Numbered from the stretch's first letter, positions 37,851 to 50,803 are shown. The stretch: 61,650 bases of DNA from Octopus sinensis (GCF_006345805.1 NW_021832007.1:1-61650); one strand, 5' to 3'. Numbers and translations are program-made. The notes: a model not told the origin generated them from the letters alone.

Positions 37851-38599
37851 TGTGCTTGCCTCTATAAAGCAACAGAGTCAGAGAGACGAAATACGATGTA
37901 ATAGATTGAAGACAGTCAATTTATACTTCAACATACATTTGTTATTGTCAAGGATTCTTACACAAGTTAAGGACGTCAGTTCAAATTTCTCTTACACCGT
38001 GCTCTGTTTGTTCCCGTATCCCCTTGAGTGATTAAATATTGCTAATTGATTTATTGAATAACAACAACAACAACAACAACAACAACAAAAAGCTCACGCT
38101 TTGTATGTAACACGATCTCCTGTATGAGTAGCTTTAATATGTTCCGTATCAAGTTTACGCCTTCCTACCGCCTTAACCTATTTGTTGATCTTTCATTATT
38201 CATGCTGATACACATATGAAATATTTATGACTCCCGACCTTCGAGACTGGACAGGGCTGCCTAAAGAAGGAAAGATAACTAAAGAGAAAATAACATCTTT
38301 CTGCGTCAAATATATCTCATTTTCATTCCCCTCTGCACATTTTCTCCACCTACCATCTTTCTTCTCTCTCTCCTTCCCGTCGTTTCCCCCTCTCTGTCTG
38401 CATCCTTCTCTTTTACTTTCTGTCTCCCTTCTGTTACTCTATTTCTCTCTTCCTTCCTACATATTTTCATATTACGCCCTCGTTCTCTCTAATACGGACT
38501 CGTCATCGAAGTGTTTCTCCCTGTCTATCCTTCCTCCTTATCTCCTTATACAACATTTAATCTCTTCTCCGTCTCGATTTCCATCTTTCTCTCTTTTTT

Positions 38600-38737
38600 T
38601 ATTTGTTTTTCTTTGTTTTGTTTTTTTTTTGTTTTTTTTTTGTCACTTTTGATTTCCTTCTGCACACGGACACTAGATACTTCACATCTTCACTGAACAA
38701 AAACAACAATAACAAATACAATAAGAGTAACAATGAT

Positions 38738-38769
<32 letters not shown>

Positions 38770-38875
38770 AACACACACATACAAAAGAACAATAAACAAC
38801 AATGTCAGCAGGAACAATAACAATAGCAGCAGCAGCGGCAGTAGCAACGACAGCAGTAACAACAGAATCAAAGCC
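38600..38875. repeat. T-rich tract and (AAC/AGC)n imperfect repeats
   Basis: Direct reading of the sequence. Confidence 0.8.
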
Positions 38876-39160
38876 AGAAGAACGAAGCAGTTGACACAGA
38901 CGATATATTTACTCATTCGGCGATTATTACAACAGTGTAAAATGTACTCTGATCTATGGATCTTGTTACTACATGCGTTGCGTTGTATTCCCTTCGATGT
39001 TGGCGATCTCGTCTGTTGCCGTGTCCCGCACCATGCATTTATTCTGAACTGAACAAATACAAAATAAATGTATTTCTTATAATGACAAGCTTTTCACCGT
39101 TTCTCGTGTACAAATGATATAGTTGAATGTGTATAACAGCGTGTAGAATTAGAAACTATC

Positions 39161-39218
<58 letters not shown>

Positions 39219-40886
39219 GCTTTCTTTCTGCATAATATGTAGCGTAGATACGTGCATGTACATATACACAGATACATAAATACATACATACGTATTAATT
39301 TTTATATCTATAAATAACACGCGTGTACGTCACGGGGTTAATTACAAATAAATTAAATGGGAGGAAAGGACAAAATTAGCTCAATAACATATTCTGCTCA
39401 TGATGCTATGTACGTTAGACAACTCCATAAATGTTTCCGCAGCATTAGAACTCTTCAGAAAATTATACGTTTTCCTTACCTGTCCAGTTTGATGAGAGAA
39501 TCGCAAACTAAATGTAAAATGAAGGAAGTTAATCGATGTAAAATTAGCATATTTTAAAAATCAAATTACGCAAAGGAATTCAATCAATATCTGTATGAAG
39601 AAATTACAATTGTTTTAAAAACAATTTGATACAATGTAATTAGTATTCTTAAGGTATATATCGACGTTTAATATATTAGCTTAGCATCTCTTCAGACCAC
39701 ACTGTGCCGCGTACTAAAGAATGTATTCGACTTGACCAACGCCTGTACTCAAATTGTTCGAAATACTATCCGTTTCATATTGTAATATAGGGGTGGGAAA
39801 TGAAGTAAGGATGGCAAAGGACCATTTTGCACTTCACTTCACAGATTTTCGAGTTAATACTTTTTGTTAAAAGGAAATGGAGAATGATATCGGGCTTTCT
39901 CAGATATATAAAAAGATTTGGTACTTTTGCCAGGCACTGAAAGGAAGTGCTACAGTAACCATTTTGCTTTGTGTAACTCACGTCTACTGTTGTTTGATGG
40001 CTTAATTTATTAATGAGAATGTCTTGTTTGATCCTCAAATCTTTTATGTTGCATTCTATTGCCGCGGTGTAACAGTGAAGACTAGAGTGTGGCTATTCTC
40101 CAGCTCTTTCTATGAATTATGTATTTTTCTGCATGAGTTCGTTGATGCGACTACGTAGCCATATTCACTACAGATATTCAGTAAATAACGTAGATCCGCG
40201 AGCGTATATTTATATTGCTGATAAGGAACATGTCCAAAACTGCGATTAAATTCTTTTGTGCGAGATGAAATACTATGAATAACATCTAATATAGAAACAA
40301 GGACTAAAATCTGTGGAAATGAGTTGATGAAATCTATCCCAGTACTTTTGTGCTGTATTTCATACTCCCTGGAGGCATAAAAAACAAAGTTGAGTTCAGT
40401 GGGATGTGCAATAAGCACAGAAAGAACTACATAAAATATTTCGTTTTTGGATTTGGTTTGCAGGATTCTTTATATGAGTTCGTGTGTTGAAGCATATTCT
40501 GTTGTGTCTGGGGAGAGTTATTTTCTTTTTGTGCCTTATAATTTTAACGGGGGTGTGTTACTTAAAATATATTAAAGCATTATAACCAAACCTCTAAAGA
40601 TTCTGTAATTCAGAGAATTTACCACTTCTTGTGTGTCGGCAGAGGCTTTTCACAGCTCGCAGTTACTTGGCTATGGGTATCTACTTGACGATGTGTATCT
40701 TCTTTGCACTTGTCTTTGAATTGCTCAGCTACCCGAAACAATTTTATACTTTATTCAACAGCAAATATCTGGCGTATTTTGGATCTGCCTGAGTCGTATA
40801 AAAACAACCAGTTGTCCTCTTCACTGTCAGAGGGGAACATTTCCCCAACATTACATTTCCCCTCAGGGTATATAAAATATAAAATA

Positions 40887-41227
40887 TACTCTTTTACTTG
40901 CTTCAGACATTTGACTGCGGCCATGCTGGAGCACTGTCTTTTAGTCGAAGAAATTGACCCCAAGACTTATTCTTTGTGAGCTTGGTACTTATTCTATCGG
41001 TCTCTTTTACCAAACTGCTAAATTACGGGGATATAAACACATCAACGACAGTTTTAAGCATCGGTGGGTTTCATGAACAAACAGACACACATAAATTCAC
41101 CCACAAGGCTGTGGGCGGAGCGAGGCTATAGTAAAAGACACTTGCCCAAGGTGCCACGCAGTGAGACTGAACCCTGAACCATATTATAAAGAAGCAAGCC
41201 TCTTACCACACAACCACTCCTGCGCCT
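40887..41227 (-). mobile_element. SINE family R, diverged, with internal deletion
   Basis: Reverse complement of the family R tail and head. Confidence 0.8.
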
Positions 41228-41308
41228 GTGAGCCTATAATCACTTGTTAGGATTAATTCTACGGATTTTCTAAAGAATTTATTGCCAGTACTGACTTTTT
41301 ACGACTAT

Positions 41309-42702
41309 TCATATCCAAAAATATAGTGAGATTTGATTAATGCACTTGGCAAGGAAGGGATTAGTTGGTTTCATATACCTTAGGATATCACTGGTACTCC
41401 ATTTCATTGAATGGATGAAAGACAAGGTTGGCCTCGCTTGAAATGGTTTTATGATGACGTATCTGATGATGCTATCTGTTGATGTATCTGTTGATGGCAT
41501 CCACGATTCGATATCATTCGTTTCCGTGAAATATCGTTGGCACTCGGTATTTTTGGCAATGTGAAATGTCCAAAGAAAAACAACAGAACATTTTCTCCAG
41601 CATGCTTAAATTTCTGACCGCTCGTCGCATTCTACACATAAAGTATAGTAAATAATTGAATAATTATGCGAGGCAAAAACACCCAATATTTTCATATCGC
41701 ATATTCCTTCCATGCACCCCGAGTGTTTGTTGTTGTCTGCTTGTTATTTCTTTACTACCCACAAGGGGCTAAAGATAGAGGGGACAAACAAGGACAGACA
41801 AACGGATTAAGACGATTATATCAACGCCAGTGCGTAACTGGTACTTATTTAATCGACCCCGAAAGGATGAAAGGCAAAGTCGACATCGGCGGAATTTGAA
41901 CTCAGAACGTAACGGCAGACAAAATACCTATTTCTTAACTACCCACAAGGGGCTAAACATAGAGGGGACAAACAAGGACAGACAAAGGGATTAAGTCGAT
42001 TACATCGACCCCAGTGCGTAACTGGTACTTATTTAATCGACCCCGAAAGGATGAAAGGTAAAGTCGACCTCGGTGGAATTTGAACTCAGAACGTAACGGC
42101 AGACAAAACACCTATTTCTTTACTACCCACAAGGGGCTAAACATAGAGGGGACAAACAAGGACAGACGAAGGGATTAAGTCGTTTACATCGACCTCAGTG
42201 CGTAACTGGTACTTATTTAACCAACCCCGAAAGGATGAAAGGCAAAGTCGACCTCGGCGGAATTTGAACTCAGAACGTAGCGGCAGACGAAATACGGCTA
42301 CGCATTTCGTCCGGCGTGCTAACGTTTCTGCCAGCTCGCCGCCTTGTTGTCTGCTTGTGGCGTTCTTTCCTTCGTTATTTTTCGGTTTAAGAAACAAAGC
42401 TCAATTTTAAATAAGCCTCCATCGTTCAAGAACATGTGGTGTATCATTATGATTTTTATCGAACACAGGACGTTTTGTACGTTGAGACTTCCTTCGAAGA
42501 CGTTTAATGGTCCGAGGCATATTATCCACAATGATACTATTTCCGCAAATGATTGTTGTAGAGCGTGTATTTCACCTATTGTTCCATTGACTATCGATTT
42601 CAATGGCATTATATGTGGTGGTTGTGTTGGTGTAGCTGATGTTGGCAAGGCTGCTACTGTTGCTGTAGATTCCATTATTCTTGTTAAGTATAAAGCCGAC
42701 AA
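41309..42702 (-). pseudogene. SINE-interrupted 260-codon frame with one internal stop; product unknown (weak membrane-protein/GPCR resemblance)
   Basis: Removing the SINE and one TSD copy joins ORF 42319-42702 in frame to ORF 41309-41500. The only internal stop is at 41606-41608. Confidence 0.35.
41745..42343 (-). mobile_element. SINE family A trimer (one head, three 184-bp bodies) with 15-bp TSD
   Basis: TSD ttgttgtctgcttgt at 41730-41744 and 42344-42358; period 184 (41911 vs 42095). Confidence 0.92.
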
Positions 42703-42735
42703 GTTTGCTGGTGCCGGTTAGAGAAATATCTGTAG

Positions 42736-43212
42736 AGATGGTCATCAAATCTAAGTAGAGACTTCAAACTTGAAATCTTCAAAGCCACAGTCGAACCAAT
42801 TCTACTATATGGCTCAGAAATCTGGACGTTATCAAAGAAGCTTCAGAGGCGGTTGGATGGAACCTACACTCGCCTCCTTATGAGAGCTCAAAATCTCTCG
42901 TGGAAGCGTCATCCAACCAAAATACAAATGTATGGGGAAACTACTACCTGTGTCATCTCTTGTGAAAGGTAGGAGAGTCCAGTTTGTTGGACATTGTTGT
43001 AGAGCTGAAAAAGAGGTCATTTCTACTCTTCTCCTCTGGAAGCCATCCACTCGCAATACCAGAGGGCGCACACTCTCCCACCCTGATGTAATCTCCAGGG
43101 ATACAGGCATCCAGGAACAAGACCTCCGTAATGCCATGATGGACCGTAAAGTCTGGCGTAGCATGGTAAATTCCATTGTCTCGACCACGGTCGAACAATG
43201 ATGATGATGTAG
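42736..43212 (+). mobile_element. RTE-group LINE, 5'-truncated 3' end with (TGA)n tail
   Basis: Translates KATVEPILLYGSEIWTLSKKLQRRLDGTYTRLL...(frameshift)...RRVQFVGHCCRA...GRTLSHPDVISRDTG...DLRNAMMDRKVWR, followed by a (tga)n tail. Confidence 0.85.
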
Positions 43213-43749
43213 AGATGGTTTTTATTATGATGTATATGATGACGCTATCTGTTGACGTATCTGTTGAAGACATCCACGATTCGATATTATTCGTTTGCAT
43301 GAAATTATCACAGGTAACACAATTTACAGTTCTGATATTATTGGCACTAGTTACTTCTGTGATGCTCTTAGATAAGATAGTGTCTTAAAATCGTACCCAT
43401 TCTCGCAGCCTTTTCAAATGAATATTGGAAGCCCGAATGCAATATCCACCGCTGTTGTTTTATTTCATAGGATTTATAGAATTCGTGTCTCTGTCTCATT
43501 TTGTTCTTAGCTCAGTCACTTCCTGCATTTCCTGTTCATATATGCATGTACCGCCATATCAAATTAGAATATTTTTTCTTTTGTTGAATAATTATTTTCT
43601 GAGATTGAAAAACAGGGGTTTGTTTCCAATAGAGAGCGAAATTATAAAACGACAGTGATCGCAGCATTGGTCATTTATACATGAATATAAAAAAATCACA
43701 TAGACGGGATAAAAAATAAATGGCTTAAATGGGAAAAGTTCACTCACAC

Positions 43750-43798
43750 ACAGATATAAATATACATATATACATACATACATACATACATACATACA

Positions 43799-43834
<36 letters not shown>

Positions 43835-44013
43835 TATATATACATATATATATATGTATGTATTTATGTATATGTCTGTTATATACAGCGCGATACGAAG
43901 TCGTGACGCGTCGTTGAGAAAAAGTAAGATACAAAAAATGTATAAATAAATCGGCTTTATATGCCCACACACACACGCACTCACACTTTCACATACACAC
44001 ACACACACACTCA

Positions 44014-44047
<34 letters not shown>

Positions 44048-44240
44048 AGTGTAAAACTAAAGATATCTGAAAGATTTTACAAAATCAAAAACCATACACG
44101 AATTTACATGTAACCGAACGAAATGCACGTACAGACTTCAATCAGAATTTAGCATGTTTTTTTATCATATATATATATTATATATATATATATATACATA
44201 TATACATATATATATATATATATTATATATATATATATAT
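43750..44240. repeat. (CATA)n, (TA)n and (CA)n microsatellites
   Basis: Direct reading of the sequence. Confidence 0.85.
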
Positions 44241-44819
44241 ATTTCTGTATTTGTGTTTTGATGACATGCGCAAAGATTAAGGAAGTAGTAGAATGCGGGT
44301 AGACAGACTGTTGTGATCAATCATCTGTGAGAAAAGAAGAAGGAAGGAAGAATGTGAATTCTTGCTGTGAGAAAACAAAAAACAACGCGAAAAATATATT
44401 GCCATTTTTATGAAACTATGTGTTAAATAACATCGAAGGAAACAAACATTAAAATAGAAAAATAGAAATAGAAGTTTGTCTAGTGTTGAAATGAGATTCT
44501 CATTGGTATGCTACGTTTCATCTCACATATATGTGTACGACTGGACTGTGTCTACGAGTGAGTGTATGTATGCGTATATGTTGCGCCACATATATATTGG
44601 TCTGTGTTTGTGTCATGTGACCAGTTCGTTGAATTTAGCTTGGGGTTGTTCATATATCGAGTTTGTTTTGTTTTGTTTTGTTTTTTTTGGGGTTTTTTTT
44701 TGTTGTATTTTTGACTCGTCACTCACGCTATATATTTTTCTAAATTTTCTTCTTGGAAATATTGACAAATGTATTAGAAACAAAATTAAAAAGAAAAGAG
44801 GAGTGATAAATATAAAAGC

Positions 44820-44825
44820 ATGTGC

Positions 44826-44872
<47 letters not shown>

Positions 44873-44952
44873 AGTGTGTGTGTCTATATATATATATATA
44901 TATTATATATATATATGTGTGTGTACATATACATATATATATATATACATAC

Positions 44953-45018
<66 letters not shown>

Positions 45019-45080
45019 GCTATAGCCGTGTGTGTATGTGCATATATATGTATAGGTTGTATGTATACTGCATATATATA
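44820..45080. repeat. (TA)n/(TG)n compound microsatellite
   Basis: Direct reading of the sequence. Confidence 0.9.
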
Positions 45081-45249
45081 GGTATGAGAGTAAAATCGAT
45101 GTGTGAATATTTTATTAAAAACACGAGTCAGATCGTATTTTAATCGTGTTATTACCATCTTTATATTTCGTTATTGAATCTACCGTTTCTAAATCCTCTT
45201 CTCTCTCTCTCTCTCATGGTGTGAAAACCTCATCATCAGAATGATCTGA

Positions 45250-46490
45250 CGCTATTTTTCCTTTCTATTGCAGACATAAGACCTGCCTGAAATTTTGTGT
45301 GAGCAGTTCTGTTAATTACATCGACTCTAGTGCTCAATACATACCAGTAATTATTTCCTCGACCTCGAAAGATTGAAACGTAGGATTTGTACTCAGAAGG
45401 AAAAGGCAGCGAAATGCGCAAAGCATTTTGCGCGGCGTGCTATAAATTCTCCCAACTCGCCGCTATCAATATACGATAATAATTGTTTCTATTATACGCA
45501 CAAGGCTTAAGATTTTAGGGGAAGGACTAGACAATTATATCGAACCCAGTAATTCACTGGTACTTGTTTCAATGACACTGAAAATGCAAAATTCAAAATC
45601 AACTTCAGCAGTATTTGAAATCAGAACAAAAAAACAGAAAACGAAAGCGGACGGAATGCCGTTAAGCATTTTTCTGTCTTGCAGCTGATTCTAAGAGCTT
45701 ATTCTTTCTACTGTAAGAACAAGACCTGAAATTTTGAGGGAGGGGGGGGAGTCGATAGCATCGACCCAAGTATTTGATTGGTACTTGATTTATCTATCCC
45801 GAAAGGATGAAGAGCAAAGTCGACCTCGCCGGAATTTGAACTCAGAACGTAACGGCAGACAAAATACCGATAAGCATTTCGCCCGGCGTACTAACGTTTT
45901 TGCCAGTTCGCCGCCTTTTAAAATGTCATTCTTTTCTACACAAAATACAAGGCCTTAAATTTGGGGGGAGTAGGGTCAGGCGATTAGATCGACCCTAGTA
46001 CAAAACTGGTACTTAATTTATCGACCCCGAAATGACGAAAGGTAAAGTCGACCTCGGCAGAATTTAAGCTCAGAATGTAACGGCAGACGAAATACCTATT
46101 TCTTTACTACCCACACGGGGCTAATCACAGAGAGGACAAACAAGGACAGACAAACGGATTAAGTCGATTATATCGACCCCAGTGCGTAACTGGTACTTAA
46201 TTTATCGACCCCGAAAGGATGAAAGGCGAAGCCAACCTCAGCGGAATTTGACCTCAGAACGTAACGGCAGACGAAATACCACTAAGCATTTCGCCCTGCG
46301 CCGCAACGTTTCTATTCTTTTCTTGTCTACTCTAAGCACAGTGCTCGAAATTTTGCGGGAGATGGCTAGACGATTAGATCGACCCCAGTACGAAACTGGT
46401 ACTTAATTTATCGATCCCGAACCTAGATAGACGAAATACGGCTACGCATTTCGCCAGGCGTGCTAACGTTTCTGCCAGCTCGCCGCCTTT
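45250..46490 (-). mobile_element. Head-to-tail stack of about 6-7 SINE family A-related copies of differing age
   Basis: Repeated reverse-complement family A segments, each ending ...gccagctcgccgcc or variants. Confidence 0.8.
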
Positions 46491-46939
46491 GAGCTAACAG
46501 TAATAAGGATGTGACTTTTGCGCGCTTTGTAGCAGGCTGGAATGTCATATGAGAGCGCTGTCATATTTCACCTGACTGGTGATTAAATCTTCAACCTTAG
46601 ATATCAAAATCATACAACGAAAGCGTCCTTGTTGGAGATATGATTTATCATCTCCTTATGATTTTGGTTGGCATTTTGCTTATTAAAATCTATGTATCAT
46701 TGCCATAGTTTTTTGGGGATCCACTGTACTAAATTTTACTAATGATTTCATATCAAGTTTTATTTTCATGCAGAATTGTATACGGGAATGCAACGGATCC
46801 TAGATGCAGATGCGGGGGCAAATGGCGACAAATTGCAGTAGCTATGTGCACGACATGATGCTGGTAGCATCACATCGGGGAGTCTGCCAGAGAAATCGCA
46901 AATTATCAAGGACCACCGACGTTGATGTTATTCCTCCTC

Positions 46940-46977
46940 CTCCTTCTACCACTACAACTACTACTACTACCACCACC

Positions 46978-47027
<50 letters not shown>

Positions 47028-47319
47028 AACTACTACTACAGTATTCACAATTGATTTCTAACGTGATTAATGGCAATACCGTAGATGTCGATGACGGGTA
47101 TGAGTATGGATGATGAAGACGACCAGGCTATGATGACGATGACGACGACGATGGTGATGATGCTGAGGAGGAGGAAGAGGAGAAGGAGATGGTGTTGGAG
47201 GAGGAGGCTATGCTGGAGGAGGAGGATTATCATAACGCCGACGCAAAAATGACGGTGGGTGGTTATCAGATTTGCGAGGATTCTGTAATATTTTTGTTCA
47301 TCTATGTTTGGAAAAGTCA

Positions 47320-47399
<80 letters not shown>

Positions 47400-47452
47400 C
47401 ATTATTATCATTATTATTGTCATTATTATTATTATTATTATTAATATTATTA

Positions 47453-47483
<31 letters not shown>

Positions 47484-47497
47484 TATCATTATTATTG

Positions 47498-47531
<34 letters not shown>

Positions 47532-47559
47532 CATTATTATCATTTTATCATTATTATTG

Positions 47560-47603
<44 letters not shown>

Positions 47604-47650
47604 TTCATTATTGTTATTGTAGTAGTTGTTGTCGTTGTTGTTGTTTTTAT
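46940..47650. repeat. (CTA/CCA)n, (GAT/GAG)n and (TAT)n trinucleotide arrays
   Basis: Direct reading of the sequence. Confidence 0.9.
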
Positions 47651-48119
47651 TTTTATTGAGTTATGTTTAAACACGACAAATTTTTCATTCATCCAAACTC
47701 TTGTTCTTTACTTTGATGGCGTTATTGAAAAATGACCGTTTCTCCATTCCCCCCGCGTCAAAGACAAATCTTTGATTCACTGAGTCTTACTGAAGTAAGG
47801 AAGATGTCTAGCTGTGATTAATTTCGTCTGGCACGCGAGCAAAATTAAAGGGAGTGACACAAATAAAGAGAAAATTTGCATACACACATTTTCTTGCTCT
47901 CCCTCACACGCAAACACGAACATCGTACACACACACACACACACACGCGTGCGCACAGCCGTACTTATTCAGTTGTATAGACACAGGGAAACGGTCGCAC
48001 AAATTCTCAGAATTCAGGAAATATATCTAACTTCGTGTCTGTATGCATACGTGTCACTCCATATATGCATGAGTGAGAGCGTGTGTATATATTTTCATAT
48101 ACATACAAAAACACCCATG

Positions 48120-48540
<421 letters not shown>

Positions 48541-48965
48541 AAAAAAATTGTATTTATTACAACATACGAATTGTATTCTGTATGTTCTCTGTATAAATTT
48601 TCAATGATTAATATAAATGATTGTCCGTGTAAAATATATTACAGTTTTTATGTACTTATATATTCATATTCGTAACATCTCCCACTATTTCATATATTTA
48701 TATACATATATGTGTGTATATTTATATATACATAATTATATATGTTTTTATATCAATATATATATATTTGTGTTTGTATTTATATATTTATGTATAAGTG
48801 TATATATATGTCAGCCAGTATACCTTGTACTGATCATTCCTTACTGAATATAATTTAAATTACCTCTGTATATGTCCCCTGCGAACATAGTTGGTATGAC
48901 ATATTTTTGGTATGACATATTTTTGGTAGTTTGTACTATTTGTCATATAGATACATTTTCATAGA

Positions 48966-49352
48966 TATGTTTCTTTATTAGCCACACAGGGCAGAACACA
49001 GAGGGGACAAATTACAAAGTAGAGCTTTTCTTTTTGGGGAGAAAAAGATAAAAATAAAAAGTGGGGTTGGTTTTTCGAACAAAAGGGATCGTAAGAAGAG
49101 AGAAACAACGATCAATAGAGATCGAGTATCACAGAAATTTCATGATGTAAAGTGTAAAGGGGGTAGCAGGTAAGGCTTATCCGTGGAAAGAAAAGCCTAC
49201 GCAAAAGACCACGGTAACCTCGATCAATAGTGTCACATGTTAATGCATTTATTTGCAAGTAAGTAACTCTCTGTTTTAAATTTTTCTGGGTGCATAGGAT
49301 TATGCTCAAGGTGGATTCGTCATTCATACGTGCCATCCTTGCTACATTCACC
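48966..49352 (-). mobile_element. Probable LINE 3' end (L1/Tx1-like) whose terminus matches the SINE family A tail
   Basis: Minus strand begins with coding-like NVARMARMNDESTLSIIL, runs through pyrimidine-rich 3' UTR-like sequence, and ends ttgtcccctctgtgttctgccctgtgtggctaataaagaaacata. Confidence 0.5.
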
Positions 49353-49914
49353 CATACATTTTCATAGAAAATTTAGATCTTCCATTGCAAGACTATTTCT
49401 ACATAATCTGTTTTCCATCAAACTCACTTGATCCTCATTTTGAGCAATCTCATATTACTCTTACTTTTATAACCGTGTGTGAGTGTGGGTGGTCGTATGC
49501 AATGACAAACTAGACAACAATCTGAAGTGATGAAACATTCCCTTTTGTTTTTCCAGTGAATACAAAATTTCAGAATGAACAACCTGGCGCTAAATATTTG
49601 ATTTAAGTCGACTCCAGCATCGGAACAAATTTCATGCAAGCATGAAGAGGCACGCTGGCAAGACGACGCTGCACTAAACGAAAATGTTATCTTCTATTGT
49701 GGTTTTGTAGCATGGAGCAAAGCGAACCTTGCCGTCCACTCCAGAAAACACGTAGTGAATGATCTACAAGTACTCGAAGTAACTTAGTCAACTTTTCCAA
49801 AAGGTTTGCAAGGCCTCAAGAGACATATGCGTGTCGAGAGAACGTGATTACCGCTTCATTTTGCTAAAACCTCATCTGTCATTTACGACGAGAGAATCCA
49901 TCATATACATAATA

Positions 49915-49995
<81 letters not shown>

Positions 49996-49998
<3 letters not shown>

Positions 49999-50330
49999 TG
50001 AAGGCACGTGGCTCAGTGGTTAGAGCGTCGAGCTTACGATCGCGTGGTTGTGAATTCGAATCCCGGACCGGGCTGCGTGTTGTGTTTTTGAGCAAGACAC
50101 TTTATTTCACGTTGCTCCAGTTCACTCAGCTGTAAAAATGAGTAGTGATGTCACTGGTGCCAAGCTGTATCAGTCCCTTTGCCTTTCCCTTGGATAACAC
50201 TGGTGGCGTGGAGGGGGGGCGGTATGCATGGGCGACTGCTGGTCTTCCATAAACAATCTTGCCCGGACTTGTGCCTTCGAGGGTAACTTTCTATGTGCAA
50301 TCTCATGATCATTCATGACAGATGGGTCTC
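49996..50330 (+). mobile_element. tRNA-derived SINE family C, full length
   Basis: tRNA-like head ggctcagtggttagagcgtcg...ttcgaatcccgg, CORE-like gagcaagacactttattt, 3' ...cattcatgacagatgggtc. Copies at 53921 (minus) and 61548. Confidence 0.85.
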
Positions 50331-50406
50331 AGAATATATATATATATATAATATATATATATATATATACCCAAAATTGCTAGTTCTAAAATCTCTCTAA
50401 GAGATC

Positions 50407-50803
50407 AACGCAGTAGTTGTACAAGCAAGTAATGTTCGTAGTCACTTCAATATGGCTGTCCCTTTCAACGGACTTTACTGCGATTTTTTAACGCCGAGGT
50501 CATCTCTTCTAGCTGGTTAACGATGCACAGCTGCATCCGAGATATTGCAAGCAGGGGAGTGAACTCCTACCACCTTCTAGCGACGGGACCATCTGACCAG
50601 CCTGATTTTGGGCTATTTCAGTGTTTCTTCAGTAGAGAAGCTAGAAGGTGGTGGGTGTTTGCTCCCCTGCTCGCAATGACTTGGATGCAGCTGTACATCG
50701 TTAACCAGCTAGAGATGCCCTCTTGGGGTTAAAAAGTTGCAGTAAAGTCCGTTCGAACGAAACAGTCATGTTGGAGGGTTACGAACATTGCAACTATTGC
50801 GTT
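50407..50803. mobile_element. Long-palindrome MITE (about 170-bp imperfect arms, about 58-bp spacer)
   Basis: aacggactttactgcg...accaccttctagc pairs with gctagaaggtggt...gcagtaaagtccgtt. Outer ends are aacgcagtagttg / caactattgcgtt. Confidence 0.7.

Noticed and set aside
37172-38031. ORFs of MYVC/YVCM repeats here and the many YIYI, HTYI and LSIY ORFs elsewhere
   Set aside because: These are microsatellite translations; (TATG)n, (TA)n and (GATA)n lack stops in some frames.
49996-50075. tRNA-like sequences (also SINE heads at 1006, 15191, 17468 and 61548)
   Set aside because: They carry A/B boxes but continue into SINE bodies and lack a proper cloverleaf or acceptor stem, so they are not called as tRNA genes.
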